From: a virus
Taxonomy: Duplodnaviria > Caudoviricetes
IMG/VR virus record: IMGVR_UViG_3300037067_007515
Coordinates: 5,202 to 69,201 of that record
Length of the DNA stretch: 64,000 nucleotides
Strand: one strand, 5' to 3'
In this document: one piece after another, positions 34,651 to 43,513 of the stretch
Position numbering within the stretch: the stretch's first letter is position 1
Layout of the letters: every line of letters starts with the position of its first letter
The notes under the pieces: model-generated
What the model was told of the DNA's origin: nothing
The model's input: only the letters and a program-made list of their open reading frames with translations
Databases searched by the model: none
Made by a program: the position numbers and the translations under genes

Positions 34651-35005
34651 CTCGCCCCTCCATCCTCTCCACGCTCGGGCACTTGCCCCATCCGCGGGAC
34701 TCGCGGGCATCCATGCATCCAAGCATCCCGATGTACTTCGCACTCCACTCGCGCAAGTATTCGTCAAGGGCCTGGTTGCGCCGCACAGCCGAGTCAGACA
34801 GGCGGCCAGATATCCATGACAGAGACGACAGCAGCCACCTTCGGCGCATCCGCCTCAGCGCCTTGTGGAGCCGCGCGCAGCGGGCTTCGAGCCGCGCGAT
34901 ATCCGCTGCCATGTTGACTACCCTGGACGCTGTCTCCTTGCTCCCGAGCCGGGAAATCTCTTTGCGCAGCAGTTTGACGGCTAAATCCCTGTCGTCGTCG
35001 TTCAC
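34637..35005 (-). CDS. Hypothetical protein
   Basis: GTGA overlap. Confidence 0.5.
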   Translation of the reverse strand: MNDDDRDLAVKLLRKEISRLGSKETASRVVNMAADIARLEARCARLHKALRRMRRRWLLSSLSWISGRLSDSAVRRNQALDEYLREWSAKYIGMLGCMDARESRGWGKCPSVERMEGRDETV

Positions 35006-35502
35006 TTCTCCGCCTCCCTCAGCTTGGCGCGGTAGGCGGCGATGACCTCGGCAGGTCCGACTATCCCGCATGGGGAGTACTGGCGGACTATCGTTCTCGC
35101 CGTCTCTTCGTCGTCGAGAGCGGCGCGGAGGGCGTCTCCTTTGTCTTGTGCGGAAACGGCCCGCTCAAGACGACTCAGTAGGTTTCGCTCCGTGAACAAC
35201 AGCTCACGCTCGGCGTCCTTCGCCTCGTCCCTCTCCTTGCGCGAGCGGTCGTAGGCGAGGAGGAGGGTCTCTACGGTCTGCGCTGCCAGGGACTTGTGTA
35301 CGACCGACGTGCGAGCTTCTCGCCAACTCTTTGGGTACCGCCTGATCGCCTCGATCTCGGGCTCGGCGGGAGAGGAGACGAGAAGCGAGCAGAGGCGGTC
35401 GATGACGAGACGTAGCCCGGTGTAGTCGCCGCCAAACATACCTACCGAGTCGTACAGCTCGCGCTCCTCCTCGCTCAGCGCAGACAGCGGGTCACGGGGC
35501 AT
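35002..35502 (-). CDS. Hypothetical coiled-coil protein
   Basis: GGAGG SD. Confidence 0.55.
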   Translation of the reverse strand: MPRDPLSALSEEERELYDSVGMFGGDYTGLRLVIDRLCSLLVSSPAEPEIEAIRRYPKSWREARTSVVHKSLAAQTVETLLLAYDRSRKERDEAKDAERELLFTERNLLSRLERAVSAQDKGDALRAALDDEETARTIVRQYSPCGIVGPAEVIAAYRAKLREAEK

Positions 35503-35734
35503 GGGGGCCTCCCTGACATTCCTCGTCGATATCCTCTACCAGCTCCTTTATCCGATCTCTGTACTCGCCGCGGGTGTAGAGGATGATCTGCCCGTCGCTT
35601 CCCTCAAGCCATACGACAGCATCGCGTTCCGCAGATCGCTGGTATTCCTCCCAGTACGCTTGACAGGCGTTCAGCAGCTCTTTAGCGCGCTCGTATAGCG
35701 GTCCACGCGGGGCGAAACGTGCGACGATCATCAC
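35492..35734 (-). CDS. Hypothetical protein
   Basis: GTGA overlap. Confidence 0.55.
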   Translation of the reverse strand: MMIVARFAPRGPLYERAKELLNACQAYWEEYQRSAERDAVVWLEGSDGQIILYTRGEYRDRIKELVEDIDEECQGGPHAP

Positions 35735-36225
35735 TTCCCTCCCTTCGGCGTCGGCATGGGCTCGTGGTAGATGCAGCCGAAGTGCTCAGGGGTGTCGAAA
35801 TCCATCGGCGTCTTCGGATGCGAGCATTCTCCGACGTGCTGTTCCGCGGTCCACCGTTGCCATCTGCTGCACGTCGCGCACCTGCCCGGCTCGCGGGACT
35901 CCTCGCGAAGGGCGGCGAGCTCTGCCGCCTGCTCGCGGATGATGCGGCAGAGGTCGCGCATCGTTGAACCCGCCTTGCAGAATGCCTCGGCCGTAGCCTT
36001 GCTGATCCCCTCGGCGTCCCCGTCCTCGTGAAACGTGGCCACTCCAGGATGCTCTCCCCCTACCTCTACGCGCACACCCGTGAAGCATCCCTCGCCATGG
36101 AGTTCGGTTGTGAAGTACGGCTCGTCGTCAGCCTTGACGATGTCCTCCCAGGACGAACCGCAGTTCAGCAGCTCCGGGAGAATGCTCCTGGCCTGCTCCA
36201 GTACCACAGCAACCTTCTCGTTCAT
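35731..36225 (-). CDS. Hypothetical protein with a C-terminal Cys-rich domain
   Basis: GGAGGAGG SD; CATC...C...C. Confidence 0.6.
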   Translation of the reverse strand: MNEKVAVVLEQARSILPELLNCGSSWEDIVKADDEPYFTTELHGEGCFTGVRVEVGGEHPGVATFHEDGDAEGISKATAEAFCKAGSTMRDLCRIIREQAAELAALREESREPGRCATCSRWQRWTAEQHVGECSHPKTPMDFDTPEHFGCIYHEPMPTPKGGK

Positions 36226-36240
36226 CGGTCCTCCTCCTTC

Positions 36241-36441
36241 TCACGCATGGCGGCGCCTCCGGGGGAACGCGCCCATCGCCCGGTTCCACGCTAGTACCGC
36301 CCCGCGCTCGGTACTGCGGTTCGGGCCTATCCAGCACTTGGAATCGTCGCAGCCAACGAAGAAACCGGCGGAATAGTCGGTTACGTACGCCCTCTTCCCG
36401 CACACGCACTTGACGGGCTCGATGGGCTTGCGAGCAGTCAT
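36241..36441 (-). CDS. Small zinc-ribbon protein (Lar-like pattern)
   Basis: CVCG...GCDDSKC...AVLAWNR. Confidence 0.5.
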   Translation of the reverse strand: MTARKPIEPVKCVCGKRAYVTDYSAGFFVGCDDSKCWIGPNRSTERGAVLAWNRAMGAFPRRRRHA

Positions 36442-36611
36442 GGTGCCTCCTTTCGCTTGCGCAGATTGCCGAACATGAGCTGAAGCGCAAGCCATCGCCA
36501 CAAACCGACGCGACCCGTGTTGCGGCACAGATAGCAACTACGCCGAAGCTCGATACCGTCGATCATCTCGTCCACGTCGTACCCCTTGCCGCCGCACCAT
36601 GGACAGTTCAC
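36438..36611 (-). CDS. Small zinc-finger protein
   Basis: CPWCGGKG...CYLCRNTG. Confidence 0.5.
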   Translation of the reverse strand: MNCPWCGGKGYDVDEMIDGIELRRSCYLCRNTGRVGLWRWLALQLMFGNLRKRKEAP

Positions 36612-36790
36612 GCCTTCCTCCTCTTGACCGGCACGCAGCGGACCTTGGCGTAGACGAGTTGCCATTCCTTGGTCCTGCACTCGGCGGTCTCTCCGGCGCA
36701 CCCGTAGCCCTCCCTGTGTGACTTCCTATGCCGACACTTCGGAACGAGATGGCAACGCGCCTTCCCCGCGTGGTCACAGACGACGTTCAT
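36608..36790 (-). CDS. Small Cys/His-rich protein
   Basis: ATGA overlap; multiple Cys. Confidence 0.5.
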   Translation of the reverse strand: MNVVCDHAGKARCHLVPKCRHRKSHREGYGCAGETAECRTKEWQLVYAKVRCVPVKRRKA

Positions 36791-36966
36791 CCCTTGGCCT
36801 CCTTGACCGTCACGTCTACGGGCACGGCTGTCTCGCCATCGTTGATACACGGTTTGCTGTCGAACAGCAAAGCGGCTTCGAGATCGTTCGCACGGAATCC
36901 GCTTACGCGGATGTTCCAGTACTTTCCCGTAGAGTTCTTTCTGACTGCCCACATGCGCCTGCTCAT
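36787..36966 (-). CDS. Small hypothetical protein
   Basis: ATGA overlap. Confidence 0.5.
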   Translation of the reverse strand: MSRRMWAVRKNSTGKYWNIRVSGFRANDLEAALLFDSKPCINDGETAVPVDVTVKEAKG

Positions 36967-37499
36967 GGCTTCGCCTCCTTGACCCACGGCGGCGGGTCGG
37001 GGTAGCGCCAGGCGAGAACGCGCGGCGAGAAGCTATCGCGAGGAGACCAAAAGAGCCCCAACTCTGTAGGCGCACTGCCAGTCGTCGAATCCCAAACCAC
37101 GAGATACTGGGGCTTGTCGCCCTCGGGGCGCTCGGTCGGGCGGTGCCAGGGGGTGCGGAGGGAGGCAATCCCAGCAGCGAGCTTCTCGCGCGACTCGTAG
37201 TAGGCCGGTAGCTTCTCGCCGCAATCGCAGTCATCTACGTACCATGGCGCGTCGCCGCCTCCGTTGTTGTACACGTCGAGTGGGTTCTCGCACCGCGGGC
37301 AGAGGATCGGCGGGTCTGCGCGGGTCCAGCCGGTGAGGGGAACGGCCTCGTCGCCGTCCTCGACCAGGACACCACTCGGGGTTCGGGTTATCCGGCGACC
37401 GCTCGCGTCTACGCACTCTCTGCCCGCCTCCGTCTCCGCGATTGCCCAGGCAAGCGAGCCCTCGGCGGGTACTGTGATCGTCGTGTCAGCCATGGTCAT
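36963..37499 (-). CDS. Hypothetical protein (central CxxC...CxC, C-terminal DUF551-like VLAWR)
   Basis: GGGAG SD; motif pattern only. Confidence 0.55.
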   Translation of the reverse strand: MTMADTTITVPAEGSLAWAIAETEAGRECVDASGRRITRTPSGVLVEDGDEAVPLTGWTRADPPILCPRCENPLDVYNNGGGDAPWYVDDCDCGEKLPAYYESREKLAAGIASLRTPWHRPTERPEGDKPQYLVVWDSTTGSAPTELGLFWSPRDSFSPRVLAWRYPDPPPWVKEAKP

Positions 37500-37505
37500 A
37501 TCTCC

Positions 37506-38024
37506 CTACAGCGTTCCGTCGAGAACAATCTTGTCGCCTACAGCGACTATGATCCCATGCCCGTAGTACCCGTTGTGGCCGTTGTAGACGGCGAGTTGGA
37601 AATCGCCCCGCGAAGTCTTGAAGGTCACGAACTGAACGCCACCCTCGTCGTAGGGCGACCAGCCCATCTCTTTGTCGTTCGCTTCTTGCTTCTTCTGCTC
37701 GTCAGTAAGCGTCCATGTGCCGAGCCGCGTGTCGGCAAGCTCTACGTCTCGAAGATTCGCGCCGACAAACGAAGAAAGGTCGTCGTCGGACGCCATGTAG
37801 CCCCACGACTCGCAGCACGATTGCTGGTTGTCGATCAGTACGAGGACTGGTTCCTTCGTCGTGGTGACCCTGTATCCGTCCATGGTGCGGCCACCAAAGA
37901 CGGACGAGACCATTCCCGAGAAGCCAAGATGGGAACCGTTGGTACCGTTAAGCGGGGCTACGTTTCCCAGCCCAAAGCCGCGCACCTCTTCGATTGCCTT
38001 GATCCTTCCGTACTTGTCAGCCAT
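37506..38024 (-). CDS. Conserved phage hypothetical protein (QSCCE...YNGHNGYY type)
   Basis: GGAGG SD before MADKY; recognisable recurring phage family of unknown function. Confidence 0.65.
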   Translation of the reverse strand: MADKYGRIKAIEEVRGFGLGNVAPLNGTNGSHLGFSGMVSSVFGGRTMDGYRVTTTKEPVLVLIDNQQSCCESWGYMASDDDLSSFVGANLRDVELADTRLGTWTLTDEQKKQEANDKEMGWSPYDEGGVQFVTFKTSRGDFQLAVYNGHNGYYGHGIIVAVGDKIVLDGTL

Positions 38025-38961
38025 GGGATTCCTCCTTCGCGGGGCGGATGTCGCGGACGAGGGGCTCGACGCGCTCGACTGCGAGCTGCACCATGCGGGA
38101 ATCGATAGCCACCAGATACGGGTACATCGCGTCACGATTCATGTCTACGAACGGAGCGGTCCCGCTTGCTTGCCCGCGCCACCACTTTACCATCTCGCCG
38201 GTCCTGGGCTTCCAGGCGGGCGCAGGGGCGAGGCGGTCGAGGGCGGTTACCAATAGACGCGCCTCGTAGCCCTTGTAGTTTTCCCAGACATAGTTTTTTG
38301 CCTTCCTCTCCTCCGGCGTGAGCAGATCGGCGGGAGGGGACTTGGCGATTCCAGCGGCGCGTTCCTTGCGCTCGCTCTTGTGCCAGTTGTGCCACAGGAG
38401 GATCGAGTCGAAGATATGGCCGCTGCTCCTCGTTCCCGGGTAGAGCTCCGCAAGAGCATCGAGCGCCTCTTTCTCGGCACGCTTGTTCCAGTCGCGCTCC
38501 TTGTCAAGCTCAGCCCTGAGCCGCTTCACCTCGTCCATGAGCGTGCGGATACGCGAGCCGGTGAACGTCGTATGCTGTCCCTCGATCACGGCCCACTGCA
38601 TGGCGTCATCGACGGCCCACTTCTCGCCTCCGCTGCGCTGCGTCTTCTCGCTCTCCGCCTTGGGCACCTCGGGCTTGGGGGAGTCGGTTAGGGTCAGAAA
38701 ACCGCTGAGCCATAGCGAGTTGACTATGCTGTGCACGGTATCGTACTCGCTCGACGGGGAATGGCAGTTCGCCACCCGCAACCCGCGCATCTTCTGCACC
38801 ACGGCCCAGTCCCTCGACCCCTCCTCGCACACGACGGCGGAGAGGGGGGCGAGCTGGATCTCGGTGGTGGATATCCCGTGATCCCAGTCGGTCCTATCGT
38901 TGTTGTCGAGGACCCCTTCGCTCCCGTCCTCGAACACCCAGTGAAACCAACGCTTTGCCAT
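38017..38961 (-). CDS. Hypothetical mosaic protein (314 aa)
   Basis: GGAGG SD; long ORF in the operon. Confidence 0.6.
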   Translation of the reverse strand: MAKRWFHWVFEDGSEGVLDNNDRTDWDHGISTTEIQLAPLSAVVCEEGSRDWAVVQKMRGLRVANCHSPSSEYDTVHSIVNSLWLSGFLTLTDSPKPEVPKAESEKTQRSGGEKWAVDDAMQWAVIEGQHTTFTGSRIRTLMDEVKRLRAELDKERDWNKRAEKEALDALAELYPGTRSSGHIFDSILLWHNWHKSERKERAAGIAKSPPADLLTPEERKAKNYVWENYKGYEARLLVTALDRLAPAPAWKPRTGEMVKWWRGQASGTAPFVDMNRDAMYPYLVAIDSRMVQLAVERVEPLVRDIRPAKEESHG

Positions 38962-38963
38962 GA

Positions 38964-39227
38964 CTACCTCCTCGTTGCGTCGCGGAGCCTGATGGCCTCG
39001 CGCTCGCTGTATACCGCGGCCTTCACCTCTTCGCCAGATACCTCAAGCCTGACGTCCCACTGCACAGGCCAGCCGTTCATGATCACCGTCGTGGTGTCGA
39101 GGTACCGGATGAAGGGCTGAGCCGAAACCACGATGCTCGTGATCACGATGGCGGAGACGCAGACCACGACAAGCGCCAGGAGTCCGAGGGTCGAAAAGAA
39201 CGCCTGCCTCAGCGTGCGCTCGCTCAC
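38964..39227 (-). CDS. Membrane-anchored hypothetical protein
   Basis: GTGA overlap; TM FFSTLGLLALVVVCVSAIVITSIVV. Confidence 0.55.
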   Translation of the reverse strand: MSERTLRQAFFSTLGLLALVVVCVSAIVITSIVVSAQPFIRYLDTTTVIMNGWPVQWDVRLEVSGEEVKAAVYSEREAIRLRDATRR

Positions 39228-39688
39228 TTCCCCATCCTCATCTCGCGGAACACCCGCTGCGGGAAGGCCCTTCGGAACAGGTTTACCCGCATCACGTAGT
39301 CCGGGCCGCACGCCCCCTTGTAGGCGATGTGCTTCCCGAGCTTGCCCTTCTTTGTCCGGTGCCAGGCGTAGCGCACCTCCGCTTTGACTTCCTCGGTCAC
39401 CTTGAGCCATGAGCCGTCCTCCTCTTTCTCCTCGTACTCGAAGTCCGCGGTGTAGCCGAGCCGGGGGATCCACCCGCCGCGGGGGTCGAGCTGGGGCCGC
39501 ATTATCTCGTACTCGGGGTGCACGATGAGTTTGCGGATCTCGCCGGCCTTCTGGAGGTTCTTGAGCTCCCCGTACCGCTTCGCCTCGGGCTCTGACTGGA
39601 ACACGTAGCCGTCGAGTCTGATCCGGGATCCCCCGTGCTTCTTCGCGCGCGGCATGAGGGCGAGCATCGCCTTCTGCGCATCGTTCAC
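39224..39688 (-). CDS. DUF1064-like PD-(D/E)xK nuclease, putative Holliday junction resolvase
   Basis: LDGYVFQSEPEAKRYGEL...HPEYEI...YTADFEY...EEVK. Confidence 0.75.
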   Translation of the reverse strand: MNDAQKAMLALMPRAKKHGGSRIRLDGYVFQSEPEAKRYGELKNLQKAGEIRKLIVHPEYEIMRPQLDPRGGWIPRLGYTADFEYEEKEEDGSWLKVTEEVKAEVRYAWHRTKKGKLGKHIAYKGACGPDYVMRVNLFRRAFPQRVFREMRMGK

Positions 39689-40011
39689 TGCATCGCCGCC
39701 TTCCCGCGCCTGACCCCGGACTGCGCGGCTTCCTTGCTGCATCCGAGCTCCTGCCCAATCGCGCGATAGGACAGCCCCGCGTCCCTGAGCTCCAGCGCCT
39801 CGAGGTCCTGCTCGGCGTCGAGCACGGGCTTCCTGCCTCCGCATCGTGTTCCGCGGCAGTTGCCTCGTCCAGGCACTACGCCCGGCATCCTGTCCCTGGG
39901 CATGTCGAGTGGCGGAGGCGCCCAGGCGTCGAGCTCATGGTGCTCGCGGATCCGCGCCAGACGGATAGCCTGGTCTCCGGAGGGGAGCGGTGGTCGCGAG
40001 AGGAACGGCAC
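39685..40011 (-). CDS. C-terminal HTH DNA-binding protein
   Basis: ALELRDAGLSYRAIGQELGCSKEAA. Confidence 0.6.
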   Translation of the reverse strand: MPFLSRPPLPSGDQAIRLARIREHHELDAWAPPPLDMPRDRMPGVVPGRGNCRGTRCGGRKPVLDAEQDLEALELRDAGLSYRAIGQELGCSKEAAQSGVRRGKAAMQ

Positions 40012-40031
40012 GAGGAGGCGAGAGTGGGCTG

Positions 40032-40946
40032 TCAGGGGATAGCCTCCTGTCGTGCGACGTGGAGTCCCGCCAGGTCCTCTGGAGTCGCGGGATCGCTCAG
40101 CGGTTCGGGAGGGAGAAGCCGGACCACCGGCTTCGGCCGCTCCGGGGGGAGCCAGGCTGACTCGAAGTCAACGAGGAACCAGTGGACCGCCTTGTCCTTG
40201 TGCTTTGCCAGGAACCTGCGGAAGCCCTCGCACACCCGATCTGGCTCGAAGCGCTCGGCGATCCCCGCGAGCACCCCATAATCATCGGACGACAGGAAGA
40301 GCCGTCGTAATCGCCGCTTCATGTGGAGCTCGCCCATGGCGCAGAAGAGCGCCGATGCGCGCGACGGTTCGAGATGAAAGGCTGCGGTGTAGTTCGACTC
40401 CGGCTCCTGGGCCGTAGGCGAAGCCGCGGGGGGAGGACTCTCTCTCTTTCTGTACTCAGTCTCCGGAGAGTACTCAGTAGTGCTCGATCCACCGTGCGCG
40501 GTGCCACCGACCACGGTTTCGCGGACACGGTGGTTTTCCGTGTCCGTTTGCCCCGCGGCCACGTCAATCACCGTGTCCGCATGTACGGACACGGTGGACG
40601 CGGACACGGTGGGAACCTCATAGACCAGGTACCGTATCCGCCCGAAACGGCCCCCGCGGCGTCCCTGGGTCTCGCGCCGTATGTGTCCCGCCCCGACGAG
40701 CTCCAGGAGAAGCTGGGAGACCAGGGTGCGCCCGCAACCGGCCTCGGCAGCCAGGTGGCGAGCGTTGAAGTCCCAGTCGTCCGGGAAGCTCAGCATGAGC
40801 CACAGAAGCCCCCGGGCCGCCAGGGAGACGTTCCTGTTGCGGGGCGTCGCTCGGGCGGTCATCATGTAGGGATGCTCCTTGTCACGGGGCACCCGGAAGA
40901 TCGTGCGGTCCAGGTCGATGCCTGTCAGATCAGGCTGTTGCTCCAC
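40032..40946 (-). CDS. Replication initiator (N-terminal wHTH, replisome-organiser-like)
   Basis: FRVPRDKEHPYMM...VSLAARGLLWLMLSFPDDWDFNARHLA...LELVGAGHI; Ser/Thr-rich linker containing repeats. Confidence 0.75.
   Translation of the reverse strand: MEQQPDLTGIDLDRTIFRVPRDKEHPYMMTARATPRNRNVSLAARGLLWLMLSFPDDWDFNARHLAAEAGCGRTLVSQLLLELVGAGHIRRETQGRRGGRFGRIRYLVYEVPTVSASTVSVHADTVIDVAAGQTDTENHRVRETVVGGTAHGGSSTTEYSPETEYRKRESPPPAASPTAQEPESNYTAAFHLEPSRASALFCAMGELHMKRRLRRLFLSSDDYGVLAGIAERFEPDRVCEGFRRFLAKHKDKAVHWFLVDFESAWLPPERPKPVVRLLPPEPLSDPATPEDLAGLHVARQEAIP
40522..40609. repeat. Five copies of the 9-mer CGGACACGG (three direct, two inverted) inside the initiator gene; putative origin iterons
   Basis: Copies at 40522, 40586, 40601 (+) and 40538, 40571 (-). 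Confidence 0.55.
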
Positions 40947-41035
40947 GTCGTTCCCCTCCCAGGGTCAGGCGCTGTCGTTCGGCGCCGGGCGGTCGCGGCC
41001 ATCCGCTGCCGTGCCGGCGCCGTCCGTTCAGTCCG

Positions 41036-42577
41036 CTACCTGCCGCGCGGCCTCGGCGAAGGACCGACGGGCACGGCAACGTGCTCGCCTGCCTTCGCGG
41101 GGGCCGGTGCCTTCTCGGTCTTGGGCTTGCCCTTCGCCTTCGGCGCCGGCTCGGGCTTGATGCCGCGGGCTTTCGCCAGGGCTCCGAACTCGTCGGGGGA
41201 GCCTGGGTAGTCCCACGTGTGAGGATAGAGATCCACGAGGGCGGTCCGGACGAGGTAGAGAGGTATCTCCTCCGCCGTCAGCGTGCCCACGAGCGTCTCG
41301 ACCGTAGAGCGGAGCTCGTCCTGCTTTTTGCCCTTGTGCTCGAGACCGAGCATGGTGGTCACGCGCACGAGACGGTCGCCGTACAGCTCCTTGAGCGTCT
41401 GCCGCGCCATGACCTGGAGCACGTCGGCGGCGATGTGGCCGGTGCGAGACATCTCGGCCTCGATAGCGCGCAGGAGCTGGGCCGCCACGCTCTGCCGCTG
41501 GCGCTCCTTCTCCTTCTGCTTCGCGCGATCGTCTTCCTGGCGCTTCTTCTGCGCCGGCGTCAGCCCGCGGAAGGCGGAGCGCGTGGCCTTCTTGGCGTAG
41601 TACATCTGTCCACGATCGGGGCCCGTGGTGACGAGGAGCGGCACCGCGCCCTTGTCGCCCTTCTTCGCGGGCTGGTAGTCGTAGGAGTGGACGGCTTTGG
41701 GATCCCGCTTCTCCTCGTTGTAGCTCATGCCGCGCCCGTGCACACGCACGACGCCCGCGCCTTTCAGGTCTGCGGCCTTGCGCGCTACGACGGCGTCGAG
41801 CTTGCGGCCGAAGCAGGTACGATCGAGGCAGCGGTCGTCTTTGCCGACGTCTGCAAAGAGCGCGGGCTCGTAGCCCGTACGCTTCTGGCACGTAGCGCAC
41901 GCTCCCGCTTCCGGTAGGAGCTCGGCATCGTCCTTCTTGAAGGCGGCGTCCTTGAGACGCATGAGGATGCTCTGCTCGATCTGCGCGGAGAGATTCCGCA
42001 CCGAAGGCGGCTCACGATCGTACCGATCGGGCCTGCACCAGTGCGCGATCTCCTTCTGGTCGCCGGCGAGAAGCCGGGCGATGAGGATCGCGTGGCCCGC
42101 CGTGATCGTTCCCTCCTCCAGGAGCTTCCGCGCCTCCGGCACCAACTCGCGCAGCTTGAGCCGCTGATAGACGTAGGAGGGCGATTTCCCGACTTCCTGC
42201 GCGATCTGGTCGACGTCGAGGCCGCCGACGCGGCGGAGGCTCTCGTAGCCCTCGGCCTCGTCGAGGGGATGGATGTCCTCGCGCTGGAGGTTCTCCACCG
42301 TGCGGATCTTGAGGGCCGTGGCGTCGTCGAGCTCGCGCACGACACAGGGGACCGTCGTGAGGCCTGCGAGCTGCGCCGCGCGCCAGCGGCGTTCGCCGCA
42401 GACGATCTCGTAGGACTCGCCGGTCATGCGCCTCACCACGAGGGGCTGCTGGATCCCCACGGCCGTGATGGAGTCCGCGAGCTGCTGGAGCTTCGTGGGA
42501 TCGAAGCCGCCGTACCTGCGGTTCCCCGCCCCGGGCTGGAGCTCGGTGACGCCGAGCTCAACTACCTTCTCGTTCAC
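41036..42577 (-). CDS. parB: ParB/RepB/Spo0J-family protein with a long C-terminal extension
   Basis: LADSITAVGIQQPLVVR...YEIVCGERRWRAAQLAG...VENLQREDIHPLDEAEGY + HTH; GTG start with a GGAGGAGG-like SD. Confidence 0.88.
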   Translation of the reverse strand: MNEKVVELGVTELQPGAGNRRYGGFDPTKLQQLADSITAVGIQQPLVVRRMTGESYEIVCGERRWRAAQLAGLTTVPCVVRELDDATALKIRTVENLQREDIHPLDEAEGYESLRRVGGLDVDQIAQEVGKSPSYVYQRLKLRELVPEARKLLEEGTITAGHAILIARLLAGDQKEIAHWCRPDRYDREPPSVRNLSAQIEQSILMRLKDAAFKKDDAELLPEAGACATCQKRTGYEPALFADVGKDDRCLDRTCFGRKLDAVVARKAADLKGAGVVRVHGRGMSYNEEKRDPKAVHSYDYQPAKKGDKGAVPLLVTTGPDRGQMYYAKKATRSAFRGLTPAQKKRQEDDRAKQKEKERQRQSVAAQLLRAIEAEMSRTGHIAADVLQVMARQTLKELYGDRLVRVTTMLGLEHKGKKQDELRSTVETLVGTLTAEEIPLYLVRTALVDLYPHTWDYPGSPDEFGALAKARGIKPEPAPKAKGKPKTEKAPAPAKAGEHVAVPVGPSPRPRGR

Positions 42578-42773
42578 TGTCGTCCTCCTCTCCTTCCTCA
42601 CCGTCTCTCGGATTGATGCAGCCCCCTGGCCTCCGCGCGCGCTGGAGCTCGGGGAGCGGCGGGTCCTCTGCCTCCAGCGTGATGACCTCGAGTTTCGCGT
42701 CCTTGCCCTTGGTCTGCTGGTACTTCACCATGACGCCGTCGGCGTCGATCTTCAGCTTCAGGAGCTCACGCAT
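42558..42773 (-). CDS. Small hypothetical protein
   Basis: GGGGGAGG SD before MRELLK. Confidence 0.45.
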   Translation of the reverse strand: MRELLKLKIDADGVMVKYQQTKGKDAKLEVITLEAEDPPLPELQRARRPGGCINPRDGEEGEEDDSEREGS

Positions 42774-42786
42774 GCTTGCCTCCCCC

Positions 42787-43305
42787 TCACATCTCGAATA
42801 GGGCGAGCTGGCCATCGCGGTCGGGCTCGTCGTAGGTCTCGCGCTCCGGCGCCACCACGGCGGCCGGCGCTGGCGGCGCCTCCGGGGCTGCCCTCTTCTT
42901 CCCGCTCCACTGCGAGGCGTGGGGACACGTGAGGAAGTGCGAGCCTCCCCCGGGGTCCATAGGCACCATGCCGCCGCGGCTACCACGCTCCCAGTAGATG
43001 GGGGCGTCGCACGAGCGACACTTCGATGTCGCCGGCGTCACGGAGGGGATCGCCGCTACCGCAGCCGCCGCGGGGTTTGCCGGCGCAAAGGCCGCCGTCA
43101 CCTCCTCGAGCTGCTCCGTCCGCCAGGTGCCGGCGTAGCAGTACAGCTCCTCCACGACCTCATCGCCGTCGCGGTCCTCGAGGGAGACGCGATAGCCGCC
43201 GCCGTCGATGGCAACGGCGCCAAGGACCTTGTAGAGGCCCTCGCGTCCCCAGATACGAAGAGGGGCGCTGAGTGCGAAGGGGTCCTCCCGCTTGGCGTCC
43301 TTCAC
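42787..43305 (-). CDS. Hypothetical protein with a zinc ribbon and a C-terminal QLALF motif
   Basis: CRSC...SHFLTC; GTGA overlap. Confidence 0.6.
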   Translation of the reverse strand: MKDAKREDPFALSAPLRIWGREGLYKVLGAVAIDGGGYRVSLEDRDGDEVVEELYCYAGTWRTEQLEEVTAAFAPANPAAAAVAAIPSVTPATSKCRSCDAPIYWERGSRGGMVPMDPGGGSHFLTCPHASQWSGKKRAAPEAPPAPAAVVAPERETYDEPDRDGQLALFEM

Positions 43306-43496
43306 ACGGGTACCCTCTTCCCGCAGCCCCGGCAGTGCGGGTCGCTCTTGCCGTCGCCGAAGCGGTCGACGACGGTCTGCACGCGGCCACCACAGAACGG
43401 GCACGGCCTCGTGCTGATCTCGACCGTCTCACCCTCGCCTGCCCGGGCAAGATCGTCGGACGTCTGCCCCTGGACCTCTGCGCCCTTTATCTTCAC
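43302..43496 (-). CDS. Small zinc-ribbon protein
   Basis: CPFCGG...CRGCG. Confidence 0.5.
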   Translation of the reverse strand: MKIKGAEVQGQTSDDLARAGEGETVEISTRPCPFCGGRVQTVVDRFGDGKSDPHCRGCGKRVPV

Positions 43497-43513
43497 GACC
43501 TGCCTCCTTCGGA

